Shown: in pieces, positions 14,356 through 28,520 of the stretch
How positions within the stretch are numbered: the stretch's first letter is position 1
Layout of the letters: every line of letters begins with the position of its first letter
Source: the human T2T-CHM13v2.0 reference genome, Homo sapiens
DNA length: 64,000 nt
NCBI RefSeq assembly: GCF_009914755.1
Contig: NC_060928.1
Direction: 5' to 3' (one strand)
Position numbers and translations under genes: made by a program
Notes under the pieces: model-generated
What the model was told of the DNA's origin: nothing
What the model saw: the letters and a program-made list of their open reading frames with translations, nothing else
Database searches by the model: none

Positions 14356-17300
14356 GTCGGGTAACTACTTGACTTCCCTGACTTCCCTCTCTCTGTTTCA
14401 TATTCAGATGGAGGAATATCCTCTTGAAGTAGTATGGAGATGACAAATCCCCAAGCAAATGTTGACCAACTGGAAATAGAGATAAGAATGAAAGAAAAGT
14501 GAAGTCAGAATACTAAGCCTTGCAGGGTCTTAGACACTGAGGTATTATTGAAAGCTTTATCAGAAAAGTGACATTTTCAGGACCATATTTTGTAAGACTG
14601 CTTGGAAAGAGGTGGAGAGAGACCAGAGGCAGGGAGACTAGTCAGGCAAGTATTGCAGTAACCTGGCTTAGTGACGGCTTGAAATAGAAAGCAGGAGAAA
14701 TTAGAGAAGTGAGAACTGAGCAGTACTTCTGTAAGCCACAGTCGTGTTCTGGATAGATGTAGAATGAGGGAAGAGTCAGAAGTATCTCAGGATTTTAGCC
14801 TGCTTAGGCCCAGGCTCAGTGTTCTGCCCCTTTCACCTTCCTCTTGCTCTTCTGCTCACTGAAGTCTGGCTTTGCTCCTGTCATGTTACTGAAACTGTTT
14901 CTCACTAAGATGTATTACAGATTCTGCAAGTTCAATGTGGGCAAAACTAAGTTCTATGCCTTGTCTCACAAATTTGTGTCTCCTGCTGCTGCACTTGGTG
15001 AACGGCCCCACCATTCACCCCATTATCCAGATCAAAAAGACGCCTTCCTTGCCTGAACCTCCCACTTTCACCTGTAGCCACCTGTTCATTAGCCTTTGTA
15101 TATATGTCTCAAAACAGACTAGGAATAGAGTAGAGGAAATTAGTATGGCATCACAGCATGGTGGTGGAGAGAGACCCAGGTCCTAGTCATTATGCTTATA
15201 TCTTGAACGAAAATGTTTAAGATTCGTGTTTCAGCATATACTAATTAAACACTTGCTGTGTGGATAGCTGGGGATAGAAAGGAAGTTCTCATACCTGCTG
15301 TGGAGCTCACAGTGCTGGGCACTGGCTTCTAACCTTACATAAGGTCCTCTTTTTTTTTTTTTTTTTTTTAATGTCAAGTGTTTTATGGACAACCCTTCCC
15401 CCACCACATTAAGATAATAATTGTATTTTTAGTGGCTGGAGATTTTATAAGTATTGTATTGCAGTTTTAAATGAAGATGTAGATTTTCTACTTTGATATG
15501 CAATAATCTACATTTATTTAAAAATCCAAATATATTGAAGATTTATGCAGACTTCATTCATGGATCACTGGTAAAAACTTAAAACTGTGTGCTAGTTACC
15601 TCCAGCTGCCTCAGGTATAGCTTTATATGAGTTGGGACGCACAGACCAAAAATATTTTAAGCCATCTGGAGGTAGAGACAGGGAAGCAGAGACACTCGCA
15701 GGAAGGGAGAGACTGAGGAGAGACAGCATGAGGGTGAGGAGTGTAGCAGAGATAGAAAATCCCAGGCCGGAAGACAGCTGAAGGAGTAACATGAGAAGAT
15801 TCTCCTGGCCACATCTGTGTATTAGCAGATTAAAAGGAGCCTGATTCTATGACATTGGATTCCACCAAGTTAACTTCACCTTTATTGTCATTTTAAAAAT
15901 AAAAATAGCTTAATTTCAGTTTTAAAATGAGAAGTACTCAATATTTCCTGGATGAAAAGGAGTAGCTGAATAAAATGTGGCATGCTCACAAATTAAGTGG
16001 TAACAGAGTCATACCCAACCCTTCAAAAGCAGAAACAATATGTATTTATTTATTACCTACTCCAGTGCCTACCACCATGGCTTAGATGTAGTCATAGAAG
16101 ATACCAAATATATATTTATTGCTTTGAGTTGTAGAGTATGCCACTTTTATAAATATGGCAATTTTTGCTACTGTTGCCTGATAAATTTAGAAATCATTTA
16201 CAAGTTATTAGTGAGGTAAATAGTGACAAGCTGGTCATTGTCCTTTAGTTAATGGCAGCAGTCTCCTTAGAGTTCCAGATAAACATTTTTGTCCATAGCT
16301 CAAGGAATTTTTGAAAGGATTGAAATTCAAGTCATTCCCAACTGTTTTCCAGTGGCTGTTGTTGCTATTATAGTCTCAAAGACTGAAATAGCTTAGGCTT
16401 TATGTGAGTTGAAAAGTACATGGGAGTGATTGGCCATGCAAAACACGGCAGAGTATTTACACTGTCAAATTCTTTTGTTTAATGTATTTTAAAGCCTGCA
16501 TTTTCATTGTAAGTCAGCTTTAAAATAGGTTTTCAAATGTTACTAGTCCTACCTAATAACTTCTTTTTACCTGCCGTGATCCCTGTTAATACTCTTTCTC
16601 TGAAATTGAAATGCGGATGAAAAATGGTCTTTCATTCATTTTTTTTGTTTGTTTATGAACTTTTAATTTCTTGGGTAACATAGTAAGGGTTCATTTCCAC
16701 ATCACAGTAAAATTCACAGGGAATAATCCTGCATTCAAATACCTCTCTTACAGTCAAGTCTGCCTTTATCTTGGCTGTTCTGGCTGAAGTTTATAGCACT
16801 TTTTCCTGTTACAATGAATGTGAGGGACTTTCCAGATTCTTTTGTTTTACTGGAATTAGGCTTTGAAATAATAGGTTATTTATTAGTCCAGAATGTTTTC
16901 TTATCCTGAGAATTTCTGGTACACAAATTATTCTTAAAACAGAAAAGTATTTTTATGTTTTGAAAGAAAAATTTTACATTTGAAGAGGATTTAAATAAAT
17001 AAATTATAACAATATTCTTGATTCCAAGAACTTTAGATAATAGTATTTCTTCTGAGATATGAGAGAAAAAGTGTTCAAGTTGTTAGGGAAGCAGCTTGTT
17101 TTTTAGTGCATAGTAGGAATTTAGTAAGTAAAGCATATTAAAGAAAAAGGAACTTAAACACTTTAAATTGTTACCTCTAAGAAGTTACTGAGGTAGGAAC
17201 TTTATGTTCATTAGTCGTGTAATCTTAATAGCAACTTATTATGGCAGATATTATCATCCTACTTTACAGAGAGTTAAGTAAGTACTTCAGAGTCACACAA

Positions 17301-19645
17301 CTTGTAAGTAAATAAGCCAGAGTTCAATCTCAGATTTCTCTCTTAATGTAATGATTTGTCTGCACACATCTTTTTAAGTACAGAAATTTTAAAGTATTTT
17401 TATTGCTCAGTAATTATAAATACTTCTTCTCTAAAAGTTGTTTTGCTTTTCCAAATACAACACAGTAAGAATTTTCGCCATTAAATTTATTTCATAGGAG
17501 ACAGAGAAAGGGGCAGTTATGAAGACATTTGTTTGATATTCCAGTCATTTCAAATGCCGTGGAAACTTCTAGCAAGGAGTCAACCCTGTTAAGAGTATTA
17601 ACAGGGATCACATATTTTAAAATTCTTTGAAAATTTTTGCTTTATTAGTACCTTACAAAATATTCCAGTATCAGTATTACCTCATTCGTTTCCTTAGCAG
17701 CTCCAGTGTGTGCATTCTCTGAATACTAATTAAAGTAGCTTTAATATGATCTTCATCTGTGAAACAGTTTTTTAGTTGAATTACAATGCATGGTTAAGTT
17801 TGAGTATTGAGAACAGACTTCATAAATTCATAGCATTTTAGAGTTTGAAGCAACTCCAGCTATTAACCAGCAGAGCCCTTTATCTTTATTTATGATTCAA
17901 ACTTTCATTTTGATTTGTGTAAAAGATTGCCTACTGTGACAGCTCTGTGACAACTCTGTCACAGTAGTGACACAGGAATTGGAGTTGTGTGGTGGAGGAG
18001 GGAAGGAAGAACAGATTGGTATTAAACTGTGGTCTTAACCTTTCCACCCTGTTGACCTTGCTCTGCTGCTTTCTCCATCTATTTTGTGGACTAATTACAA
18101 TGTTCTTTTAGGTATCTCATCTGTCAGTATCTTATGCTGAGATTGGGAAATTCTGGATTTAGTGGTAAATTGGTTTATAGCAAATACCATAACTATTAAA
18201 GAAACCAGCATGTTTTCCATTTTCTGTAACCTTTTCTTATACTTTCTTTAAGTTGTTTATTTTCCTGAATTTCTTTCTTTCTTTAGAGCCTCAAAATCCC
18301 TCCACTTGATTCTAGGGTGCCAAAATGTCCTCTCTCAACTGTACATATGTAGAGCTTGAATAAACCTTATGTAACTGAATTAAAGAAATTGGAAAAGTGT
18401 TGATGTAATGACAGATTGGGATGAATGATGATGGTAGGAGAGAGCAGAGTAGCATTGTTTAGTCACTGGAAGTTTGAGATTATGAAAAGGAAGAATTTTT
18501 AAAACTAAGGACAGTGATAAAGTTTGCTGGGATCTTCAAGAAGAGAGATCCTAGTTTAGAGGGATTCCATGATTAAAAGACAGGGCAAGTAATAAGTCAG
18601 TACAAGTACTCAGTTTTCCCAGGAATCAGATGAGATGAGCTGGACTGGAGGTTGGGATCAAGCATAGATTAGGAAAAGAAGCTTGAAACGATTGTACAAA
18701 CCTTAGTAATACGTGAATAAGTAACAAGATGAACAGAGTTCCCCAAGAGTACTTATATGTGTCTATGTATAATATATATGTGTCTATTTATAATATGTAA
18801 TTCATACCCCGAATTCATTTGCAGTGTAGAAAAACTGTTACATGTGCTTTAGGCTGAACTTGTCGGCTAAAGAGGACTTATATGGGAAATGGAAGAATGC
18901 AGAAGAGGATTGGGGCCACAGAGGCCATGATATATGAAGGAAAAAAAACACTGTCTTTTCCTCATTTCTTTTCTTCCTCTCTTCTGTAGGCATTTATTTA
19001 ACTACAGTGGTATGCCAGGTCTACGGTAGGATTAGGGAATAGGTAGATAAAAGAAATGCATCTCTCAGTTCAAGAAGCTCTTAATGGAAAGAAACAGACA
19101 TATAAAGTGACAATATTTATAATACAGGTGGACGATTCTCAGAATGTAGGTATGTACAAGTAGCAACTGGAACAGAGAGAAAGGAGTGTAGAGGAGTCAA
19201 CATGTTCCAGGAGATATTGCATGAATTAAAACTTAAATATAGAATTTGCTAGGTGGTTGATAGTAGGAGGAAAGAGGCCATTCTAGGCAGAGAGCACAGC
19301 TTAAGCAAAGGTGCACTCAGTTCTGAGAACTTGTCAGTAGTTCAGTGGGGCAAAAATACAGATTTTTTGAGGGGACAGGAAGAGTTGGGAGATGGTTAGA
19401 GGGTTGGGAGGGTTCAGATTATAAAATGTCTTGGCTGCCGTGAGTAAAATTTTGAATTTCATTTCTAAGTTAATGGGAAACTGTGGAAGAGTTTTTTGTA
19501 AGGCAATAATAAAATATATAATAATACTACTAATAATAATACTTATAGAGCAGGTAATGTGTGTCAGACATTCTTTTAAATGCTTTACATGTAACTCACT
19601 TAATCCTTTCAAGAACTCTGTGAGGCATAGATGCTACTATTCTTC

Positions 19646-19930
19646 TTTTTTTTTTTTTTTTGAGATGGAGTCTCGCTCTGTCGCCCAGGCTGGAGTGCAG
19701 TGGCGCGATCTCGGCTCATTGCAAGCTCTGCCTCCCGGGTTCACACGCCATTCTCCTGCCTCAGCCTCCTGAGTAGTCTGCCACCATGCCCGGCTAATTT
19801 TTTTGAATTTTTAGTAGAGATGGGGTTTCACTGTGTTAGCCAGGATGGTCTCGATCTCCTGACCTCGTGATCCGCCCGCCTCGGCCTCCCGAAGTGCTTG
19901 GATTACAGGAGTGAGCCACCGCACCCAGCC
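19646..19930 (-). mobile_element. Alu (AluY-like) with an internal deletion, inside a MIR
   Basis: Antisense Alu lacking the ctgggactacaggc segment; MIR text on both flanks. Confidence 0.93.
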
Positions 19931-21529
19931 TATTATTCTTTTAATAAAGATGAGGAAGTAGAGGAGCAGTGCCTAAATAATTTGTCTAACGTCACACAGC
20001 CAGGATGAAAAACACAGGTATTCTGGCTGTGTAATATGTGTAGGGAGAGAAAAAAGAGACCAGTTAGAGGAGACTGTTTCACAAGTGTAGGTGGGAACTA
20101 ATGAAGGCCTGGGCACTAGGAGAGAATTGGGGTGGAGGAATGAGAGTTCCAGTGATGAGTGTTGAAAGTCCTAAAACTGGTTGAGTGACTTTCTTTTGAG
20201 CAGCTGTGCTGATCCATGTCTTATTGTTATTGTCTCTTTTCCATTGCTTACCTTCTATTTAAAACCTGTTCTGCTCCTTTTGTTTAGTATTTCCCTTTTC
20301 TTGCCTCCCATTAGCAACACAAATATACTCATTCATTTAAAACTTATTTGTCAGCTTTTGGTTGGTATGAGTCTGCATTAATTGTTGTGCAGTTACAAAA
20401 AGAAAAAGATACAGAGTACTCGCCTTTCAGGAGTGTTTGCTGTAGTATGACAGCTAAGTCAAAACCTGTAACAGAAGTCAGTATGAGAGAGGTCATCAGA
20501 ACGATACAAACTTCTGGGAGAACCATGTACCATCTGCGTGTATACTTCATCTTCCTTCGTATGTCTAAAACTGTTTGAGGCAAATTCATGTGGGCTGGTG
20601 AGATCCCCAGCTTCCTGGTTTCTCTAAGAAGGTCAGAGCTGGAACCTCTTATGCCATTACACTTTCTCTCTTTAGGGATGTAGGATACTTAGTATCTCCT
20701 AACATACACCACTTCCCAATTTTCCAATGTCTTGGCCTTAGGAAAAAAAAATGTCGTCCATGTAAAACCTCATTCACACCTGCCACTGGACTGAAAGTTC
20801 CCTAAGGCCAAAGGCCATTCCTCTTTGGCTTTCAGTAGTATGCCCTGGCATTTTCTGCAAACTTACCACTTGATGGGTGCTAAAATATGTTTTAAACTGA
20901 GTATTGCACCCAACGGATGAAAATTTTCTAAAAGTGCTTCTATCAAGAATTAGGAAACCAAAGTATAGAAATAAATGAAGCTGATAAGCATAAGTTTGTG
21001 ATGCTAAATAAAATTACACTGAAGTCCTAGCCACAGATTGGCAAGGACAGTTTTGTGGGGGCAGCCCCACATGCCATAGCCCTCTGCAGGGAGCCATAAC
21101 TTAACATCCCCATGTTTAAATTTTAAATTATATACCCAGCCCCTTGTTTTGTCCATTACCAGTTGAGAAGTGAGGTAATTCATTCTCCTTTCTACTGCTT
21201 CTGCCCATGGTGAGAACAGAACTTCCATATACATCTTCTCTGCCCAGCTGGAGGGGGCTGATGGAGGACACAGCTTCTGTCATCCAGCGCCTCCCCTGGG
21301 AGTCTCTTTACTGATTGGTCTTCATTTGATCTACATTAGGTCACATTTACTGATGGATGGAATAAACTGCTTTAACAGAATCATGGTCTCCAAGTTTCAC
21401 TTCACCTTCTGTCCTCAGGTGTGGCAGGTGCCCTGGCCAGAGCCTGCTATTCTCTCCGGCTTCCTGTTTCTTTGTGTCTTTTATCTACTGTTCTGAAAAA
21501 GTGAATGGAGTCAGGGAGATGGGAATTTA

Positions 21530-21952
<423 letters not shown>

Positions 21953-22649
21953 TTACATTTATTATGTTTATTAAGGGGTACATTTTTTTCTCATTTGCCT
22001 GCTAGTTTTTGGTAGGCCATAACCCTGCAGAGAAGGTTTCAGTGATACATCTTACCTTCTAGGTAAGAGGAGGTTTGGATCTCTTCCTAATCAGTAGATT
22101 CTATGGACTGCTCGAGTGGCTAAAGTGTCTCTTTGGGTTAGAAGAAGAAATTGTTGTGCTTCAATAGTGTATACTGTCCTACGCAAGCAATATTTCACTT
22201 GTTGGAAAATGAATCTTTTTTCTTTATTAAATGATCCACCCTATTTTTATAATTTCAGCTACTTCCAGTAATCTCTAATTCCTGTTATTTCATCTATTTA
22301 ATAGGAGCGAATGCTACTTTTCCATGGTTCCTGGTAAATTTAGCTTTAGCTAAATTAGTAAAATAAATGAGAAAAATTATTAAAACAAAATTGTTTCCTA
22401 AAAACAAAGTTTAATGGTTATAATTACTAATTTAAAAAATATACTTACTGGGGCACTAAATACATTTTTGTAATTCATTTCACAAGGAGGAAAGACATAT
22501 GTGATGTTTACCACCCTGGGAAAATGCAAAAGTGGACAGACTGGTCAGCCCCTCATATATTTTCATTCATTAGTAGTCATTACTCGGATGAAGGTGCTTT
22601 GCATACTACACTGTTTTATCAGATCCTTTTAAAACTCTTTTTGGGTACG

Positions 22650-23317
22650 ATACTAGTTTCCTGTGACTACTGTATAAATTACCACAAACTAGGGGATTTA
22701 AAACAACAGAAATTTATTCTCTCCCAGTTCTGGAGGCAAGTCCCAAATCAAGGTGCTGGCAGGATCACATTCCCTCTAGGAGAATCCTTCTTTGCTTCCT
22801 CCATCTTCAGGTGACTGTTGTCAGTTTTTTTTTTAATTATTTCTAATTTTTTAAATTTATAAATAAAAGTTGTATATGTTTATCATGTACAACATAATGT
22901 TTTGAAATATGTATACACTATGGGATGGCAAAATCTAGCTAATTAACATATGTATTATCCCACATTTACCAATTTTTTGGGGTGTGAGCACTTAATATCT
23001 ATTCTCTCAGCAATTTTCAAGAATATACTACATTGTTGTTAAGTATAATCACCATCTTTTACAATGTCTTCTGAACTTATTCCTCCTACCTAACTGAAAT
23101 TTCATATCCTTTGACCAACATCTCCCCAGCCCACCTCCATCAGTGACCACCATTCTATTCTGTGCCTCTATGAGTTCAACTTTGTTAGATTCCACATAGG
23201 AGATCATGCGGTATTTGTCTGTGTGTGGCTTATTTCACTTAACATAATGTCCTCCAGGTTCATACATGTTTTCACAAATGACAGGATTTCCTCATTTTTA
23301 AGGCTGAATAGTATTCC

Positions 23318-23353
<36 letters not shown>

Positions 23354-23885
23354 TTATCCTTGCATTTATTGATGGACACTTAGGTTGATTCCATATTATG
23401 GGAATACAGATATCTCTTCAGTATGCTGACTTCATTTCCTTTGGATATATACCCAAGAGTGGGATTGTCGGATCATATGGTAGTTCTATTTCTAATTTTT
23501 TAAGGAACCTCCACAGTTTTCCATAATGGTTGTACTAGTTTACATTCCCACTAGCAGTACGCTAAGGGTTTCCTTTTCCTCACATCCTCACCAACACTTG
23601 TGATCATTTTGGCATTCCTTGCAGTTGCACCACTCCAGTCTCTGCCTCCTTGGTCAGCTTGTCTCTTCCTCTTAGTCTGTCTGTGTCCTCTCCTCTTTTG
23701 TTTCTTATAAGGACATTCGTCATTGGATTTAGGGTCTACCTGAGTATAATCTAGGATGATCCCATCTCAAGATTTTAAACTTAATTACATCTGCAAAGAC
23801 CCTTTTCCCAAATAGGTTACATTCATATGGTCTGGGTATTGGGATATGGACACATCTCTTTGGGGGGCCACCATTCCACCCATAT
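22650..23885. mobile_element. MLT1 (MLT1B-like) MaLR LTR split by an L1MA fragment
   Basis: aaattaccacaaact...ttaaaacaacagaaatttattctct and cttataaggac...ttaattacatctgcaaagacc...gggggccaccattc halves. Confidence 0.75.
22826..23600 (-). mobile_element. L1MA-type 3' fragment containing (TG)n at 23320-23348
   Basis: cttatttcacttaacataatgtcctccaggttcat...aggctgaatagtattcca...cacatcctcaccaacacttg. Confidence 0.85.
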
Positions 23886-23899
23886 AGGTACATATTCTT

Positions 23900-23992
23900 T
23901 TTTGTTGTGTTTTGAAGACAAAAGCATAGATTTATTGAAGCAAAAATACACTCCACAGTGTGGGAGTGGGCTCAAGCAAGTGGCTCAAGAGC
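23900..23992 (-). mobile_element. Short polyadenylated retrocopy of an ERV LTR R-region (MER51/MER4-group-like)
   Basis: 13-bp TSD ggtacatattctt at 23887-23899 and 23993-24005; minus-strand AATAAA at 23931-23936, then a degenerate A-tail. Confidence 0.7.
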
Positions 23993-24181
23993 GGTACATA
24001 TTCTTATTTTCCCAATTTTATAGAGATACATTGAGTAAGCAGTGAAGCTGGCACTGGCCAGGCATTATGACTAGGAGCTGCGCATCTCCACCACCACACT
24101 GTGATGGCATGCTAATTTATTCTGATTTGTAGAGGGTCTGTTTTGAGGCATTCTCTGTATGAAATCTAGTCCTTTATTTAA

Positions 24182-24364
<183 letters not shown>

Positions 24365-26657
24365 TAACCTCTGTTTTGGGAAGTATGTGCATGAGATTTA
24401 TTGATGAATCTCTTGATGCAAAGATTAGCAATACCTTGCCATGGTTAAATCCAGCAGAAGAAAAGGCTACTTTGGCAACAGCATAGGCTTGTTTTTCTGG
24501 TTAATGAGACCAATCAGAAATATCAGAGTTCAAACCTGACTTCATCACTTACTGGCTATGAGGAAGTTACTTCAACTCTATAGGTTTATTTACTCATAAG
24601 TTAGGAATTCCTATTTTGTAGTTAGTTTACTTTAAAAAGTTAAGCCTCAATTTGATAGTTTGCCTAAATTAAGCATATAAATATTTTTAAAAATATAGTT
24701 CGAATGTCTGTGATTTTCTTCAGGCTTATTTATAACTCTAATGTAGCAATAAAACTCTTGAAACCATTTTTTACATCACAAATGATGGAGCCTGCTCCTT
24801 TAAATTTTTACAACTCTAATATGTCAGCATCTTTTGTTAACCATGTACTCATATAATATCTTTTTAGAAGCCCAAATAATATTTGCTTTGCCTATTTGTG
24901 GTATCTCTCTCAACACACAGTGGTTTCATTGTTTGTGTATGTTTTTCCGGGGGAAAAAAGGATCATTTCTCTTACTCAGTGCCTGACACACATACCAAAA
25001 ATGGAAAAATTATGAGAAAGAATGTTGCTCAGATCACAACATCAGATTATTGTACTTTTGGCATTTTGTGGCTGATAGCCCCTTCCTAAGAAGATATTCT
25101 TAAGGTTGGAGGTCACTGTTTCTTCTTAAGAGCACTGTATTCCAATTTTGAATAATATTTCCTAGACAGGAAGCACGATCATCTTTCATTTTTATAGTCA
25201 TTTTTTAGTAGATGATTGTTGAGATGGCTGGGTGCTGAATAAAACAAACTGCCCTAGTCTAGTTGTTCTCTTATTGTTGTGTGCATTTCACACTTGTGTA
25301 AGCCTATTTGTTAAGGTCATGGTAGTCAGATGTATTTTTCATCTAATTTCTTATGGCCTGATATTTTTTCCCAATATTGTTTTTTCTTGTCCTGTTAAAT
25401 CATTGACAACTGAGCAGCCTTCAAAAGTATATTTTTATAAAAGTGTTTTTTGAAATATGTCTTATTTCATGACATTTTGTAACAACTCCTAGACTATTGT
25501 CTATTCTATTTGTCTTAAGTGGAGCTATTGATTATATAATGCAAAAAGCTGTGAGGTTGTAACTCAGTTCAGTAGTATTTATAAATATTTGTTTTCCACT
25601 TTTGTGCATATTATACAAATGATGGATATAAAATTTGTTTTGACCATTTATGATGCTTGCTTTGGGAAGAGGATATCCTCATAGAACTGAACGTTATGAT
25701 GGATTTTTAAAATATTCTGACCCAAATGATATTGCATTGTCAGTACTGTCCCTGGTTATTAATTTCTCCTGGAGTAGAAAATGCTTTGTTCCTTACTATA
25801 TCCCATTTAAACCTTACCGCCTACCTTACCCCACCCGGCCCCACACATCTATATACACACAACCTCACTTCTCTTCCAAGCGGAATAGTTGCGCATTGGA
25901 AGTAACAGTATAAAAAAGAAGGTAAACTTATCTAGAGAAGCATATTAAGTAGTTTTTTTCTCCTCTTCACATTCACTTCTTAAATTGTTATCAAACAAAA
26001 GCTATTAGGAAATCTTTGGAATTTATTATTTTCAAGAAGTTCCAAACAGATTCTTTTTCCTAATACTCTTTAGGGAAATATTTTAATGTGGCTTAATTAT
26101 CTATCTAATATTAAATACAAATTAAATTTGCTATCATCAATAGAAGATATTTTTATTCATAGGAGTTCTTGATTTTCACAATACCTCTTCTATAGCTTGA
26201 AGTATTTTTTAAAATATAAAGCTAAATCTACGGTAAGTGGTGCAAAAACACCAGGGATATTAAATTTTTTAACGTTAGTGTTATATATATTACTTAAAAT
26301 TTTTACTTAATATGTTCAACCCTAGCACTCCTTCTGACATTAGGCCCCCCCCACCTTTTTCAACCTGAATATTCAAGGGATTTAAGGTATTTGAAATTGC
26401 ATGTGAATTATTTTGTGGTTATATTAATTAACATTGGTAACATCTAGGTTTTACACTTAACTGTTAATGATCTTAGGGCTTAAGGAAAAAAAAATATATA
26501 TCTAAAGTTAGTGGTAAAACTTCAGTTATCCCAGAAACCCCAGAACATGGTTAATTCTGAATAACTGAATTTGCTAGGTAAATTGACATCAAATACCTCA
26601 ATTTAAAAAAATGCTTACTATAACATTTTCATAAAAGTTTTCCAAAAATTATTTACC

Positions 26658-27169
26658 TGTGTATTAGTTTCCTATTGCTGCTGTAACAAATTACCAACTT
26701 AGTGGCCAAACTGCACCCCCAACCCCCCAAATTTATTATTTTACAGTTTTGGAGGTTACAGGTCTGAAATGGGCTTCACTAGGCTAAAATTAACGGGTCG
26801 ACCTTCCTTTCTGAAGATTCTTGGGGAGAATCATTTCTCTTGCGATTTCCAGTTTCTGGAGACTACCTGCATTCCTTGACTTGCATTGTTTTTGTCTTCA
26901 AAGGCAACAGTGACTAAGGGGTCTGTCTCACATCATATCATCCTAACAGTGACTCTTCTTTCTCCCTCTTCCACATTTGAGGGCCCTTGTGATTACAGTA
27001 GGCCCACTGGATAATCTAGGATAATCTTCCTATTTTAAGATCATCTAATTAGCAGCCTTAATTCCATCTGGTACCCTAAATTCCCTTCTGCATGTTAATG
27101 TAACATATTCATAGGTTCTGGGGATTAGGACAGGGACATCTTTGGGAAGCCATTATTCTGTCTAACACA
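26658..27169. mobile_element. MLT1 (C/D-like) MaLR LTR
   Basis: tgtgtattagtttcctattgctgctgtaacaaattacc...gccattattctgtctaacaca. Confidence 0.8.
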
Positions 27170-28510
27170 TTTTGTCTTCTGAAAGGGTAAATTATGTATA
27201 CTGAACTGACTGTAACAATGTAGATTATGTGAGATAGGAGATCTGACTGATGCATTTTATTACCACCTGTTTGCCAGAATTATATTCAGACTCCTTTCTA
27301 GACTTCTTCTCATGTTGGTTGGTTGGTCTTGTAGTTTCCTAGTACTTTATGCAGGTGACTGCACTCCTACATTGTGGACATTTTCTATACCAGAGTCATT
27401 CAGGACTACTGTTGAGAAAATGTCAGTGTTTGCCATCTCTTCTCATTCCTGGTAAGTACAGTCCTATTAAGTAATCTTTTGGTTGTTTACTTTTTACCAA
27501 AAAAAGGCCTGTTCCCATCCTTATCTATCATCAAGTCTCTCACCATTATCGTAGTTGATATGTCTTAACATCTAGTCATTGAGGGTGCTTTTATGACACT
27601 TTTAATTTTACCCTGATTTTCTTGATGCCAACTGTACTCTGTTCTTTCACACTTTTTTGTGTGTGCTCGAGCACTTTTGTTTTCTTAATAAAGAAATGGA
27701 AGTTTGAGTAACTTACACAAGGTTACTCATCAATAACTGATTCAGGATTTGAACCCAGGCTACTTAATTCAGAAGAGCCCATACCTACCACTCAAATGGA
27801 TTGCCATCCAACATTCATTCCAAACTCTAAGCCTTTACTTTTGAAATCCATTTGTCCTGACATTTTTATAAAGAAGTCTTTAAGACTAGAAGGAAAAAAT
27901 ACTCTGAACATAAATTTATTTACTAGCAGGAAGATAGGAATTAGATGAAATACTTTCATTTTGCTTCACCCTCTTAGAGGTCTACAACAGGAAATTGGAG
28001 AGATATTGCCGATGTTTTAGTAGATTCCATAGAAAGTTCATATACATCCAATTTTCAATTTAGAAAGAGGTAAGGAATTGGATTGTTTTCATGACATTTT
28101 TCTAAGGGAAGATAAGAGAGGAAATAAAGGGGTGAACCAAAAGACATCAGATATAAAGTGCCTGTTTACTCCCTCTGAGTGACTCACATTATTCTACTTT
28201 AAAAACATGTTAGGAATTCATCTAATCTTCTTTAGGGCACACCCACTTCCCTCTAAGCTTAGTATAGTTCACAGATAAATTGGTCTTTCTCAGCTCACCA
28301 CTTCTGCTATGTAGTTACCTTGCCAGTGGTGATTTGATGTCCCGTGGCTGGCCATGCTCTTCCTCTTCTGTCTCAATTTCTTCCTTATATGTATAAATAA
28401 ATACCTGACTCACAAGTGTTTTGCCTAACCCTGTGCTTTCCATTGCCTTGGCAATATTTCTTGAGTTGAAAAAGCCATCTAAGGTGCTAAGTTAAAAGAA
28501 AAAAAAAAGG

Positions 28511-28520
28511 CCTTATAAGG
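28511..28520. promoter_or_regulatory. CArG box (SRF site) near two AP-1 sites
   Basis: CCTTATAAGG; TGACTCA at 28180-28186 and 28406-28412. Confidence 0.35.

Noticed and set aside
25650-25913. 87-aa ORF in unique intronic sequence
   Set aside because: No recognisable domain and no convincing splice or promoter context; this length is expected by chance.
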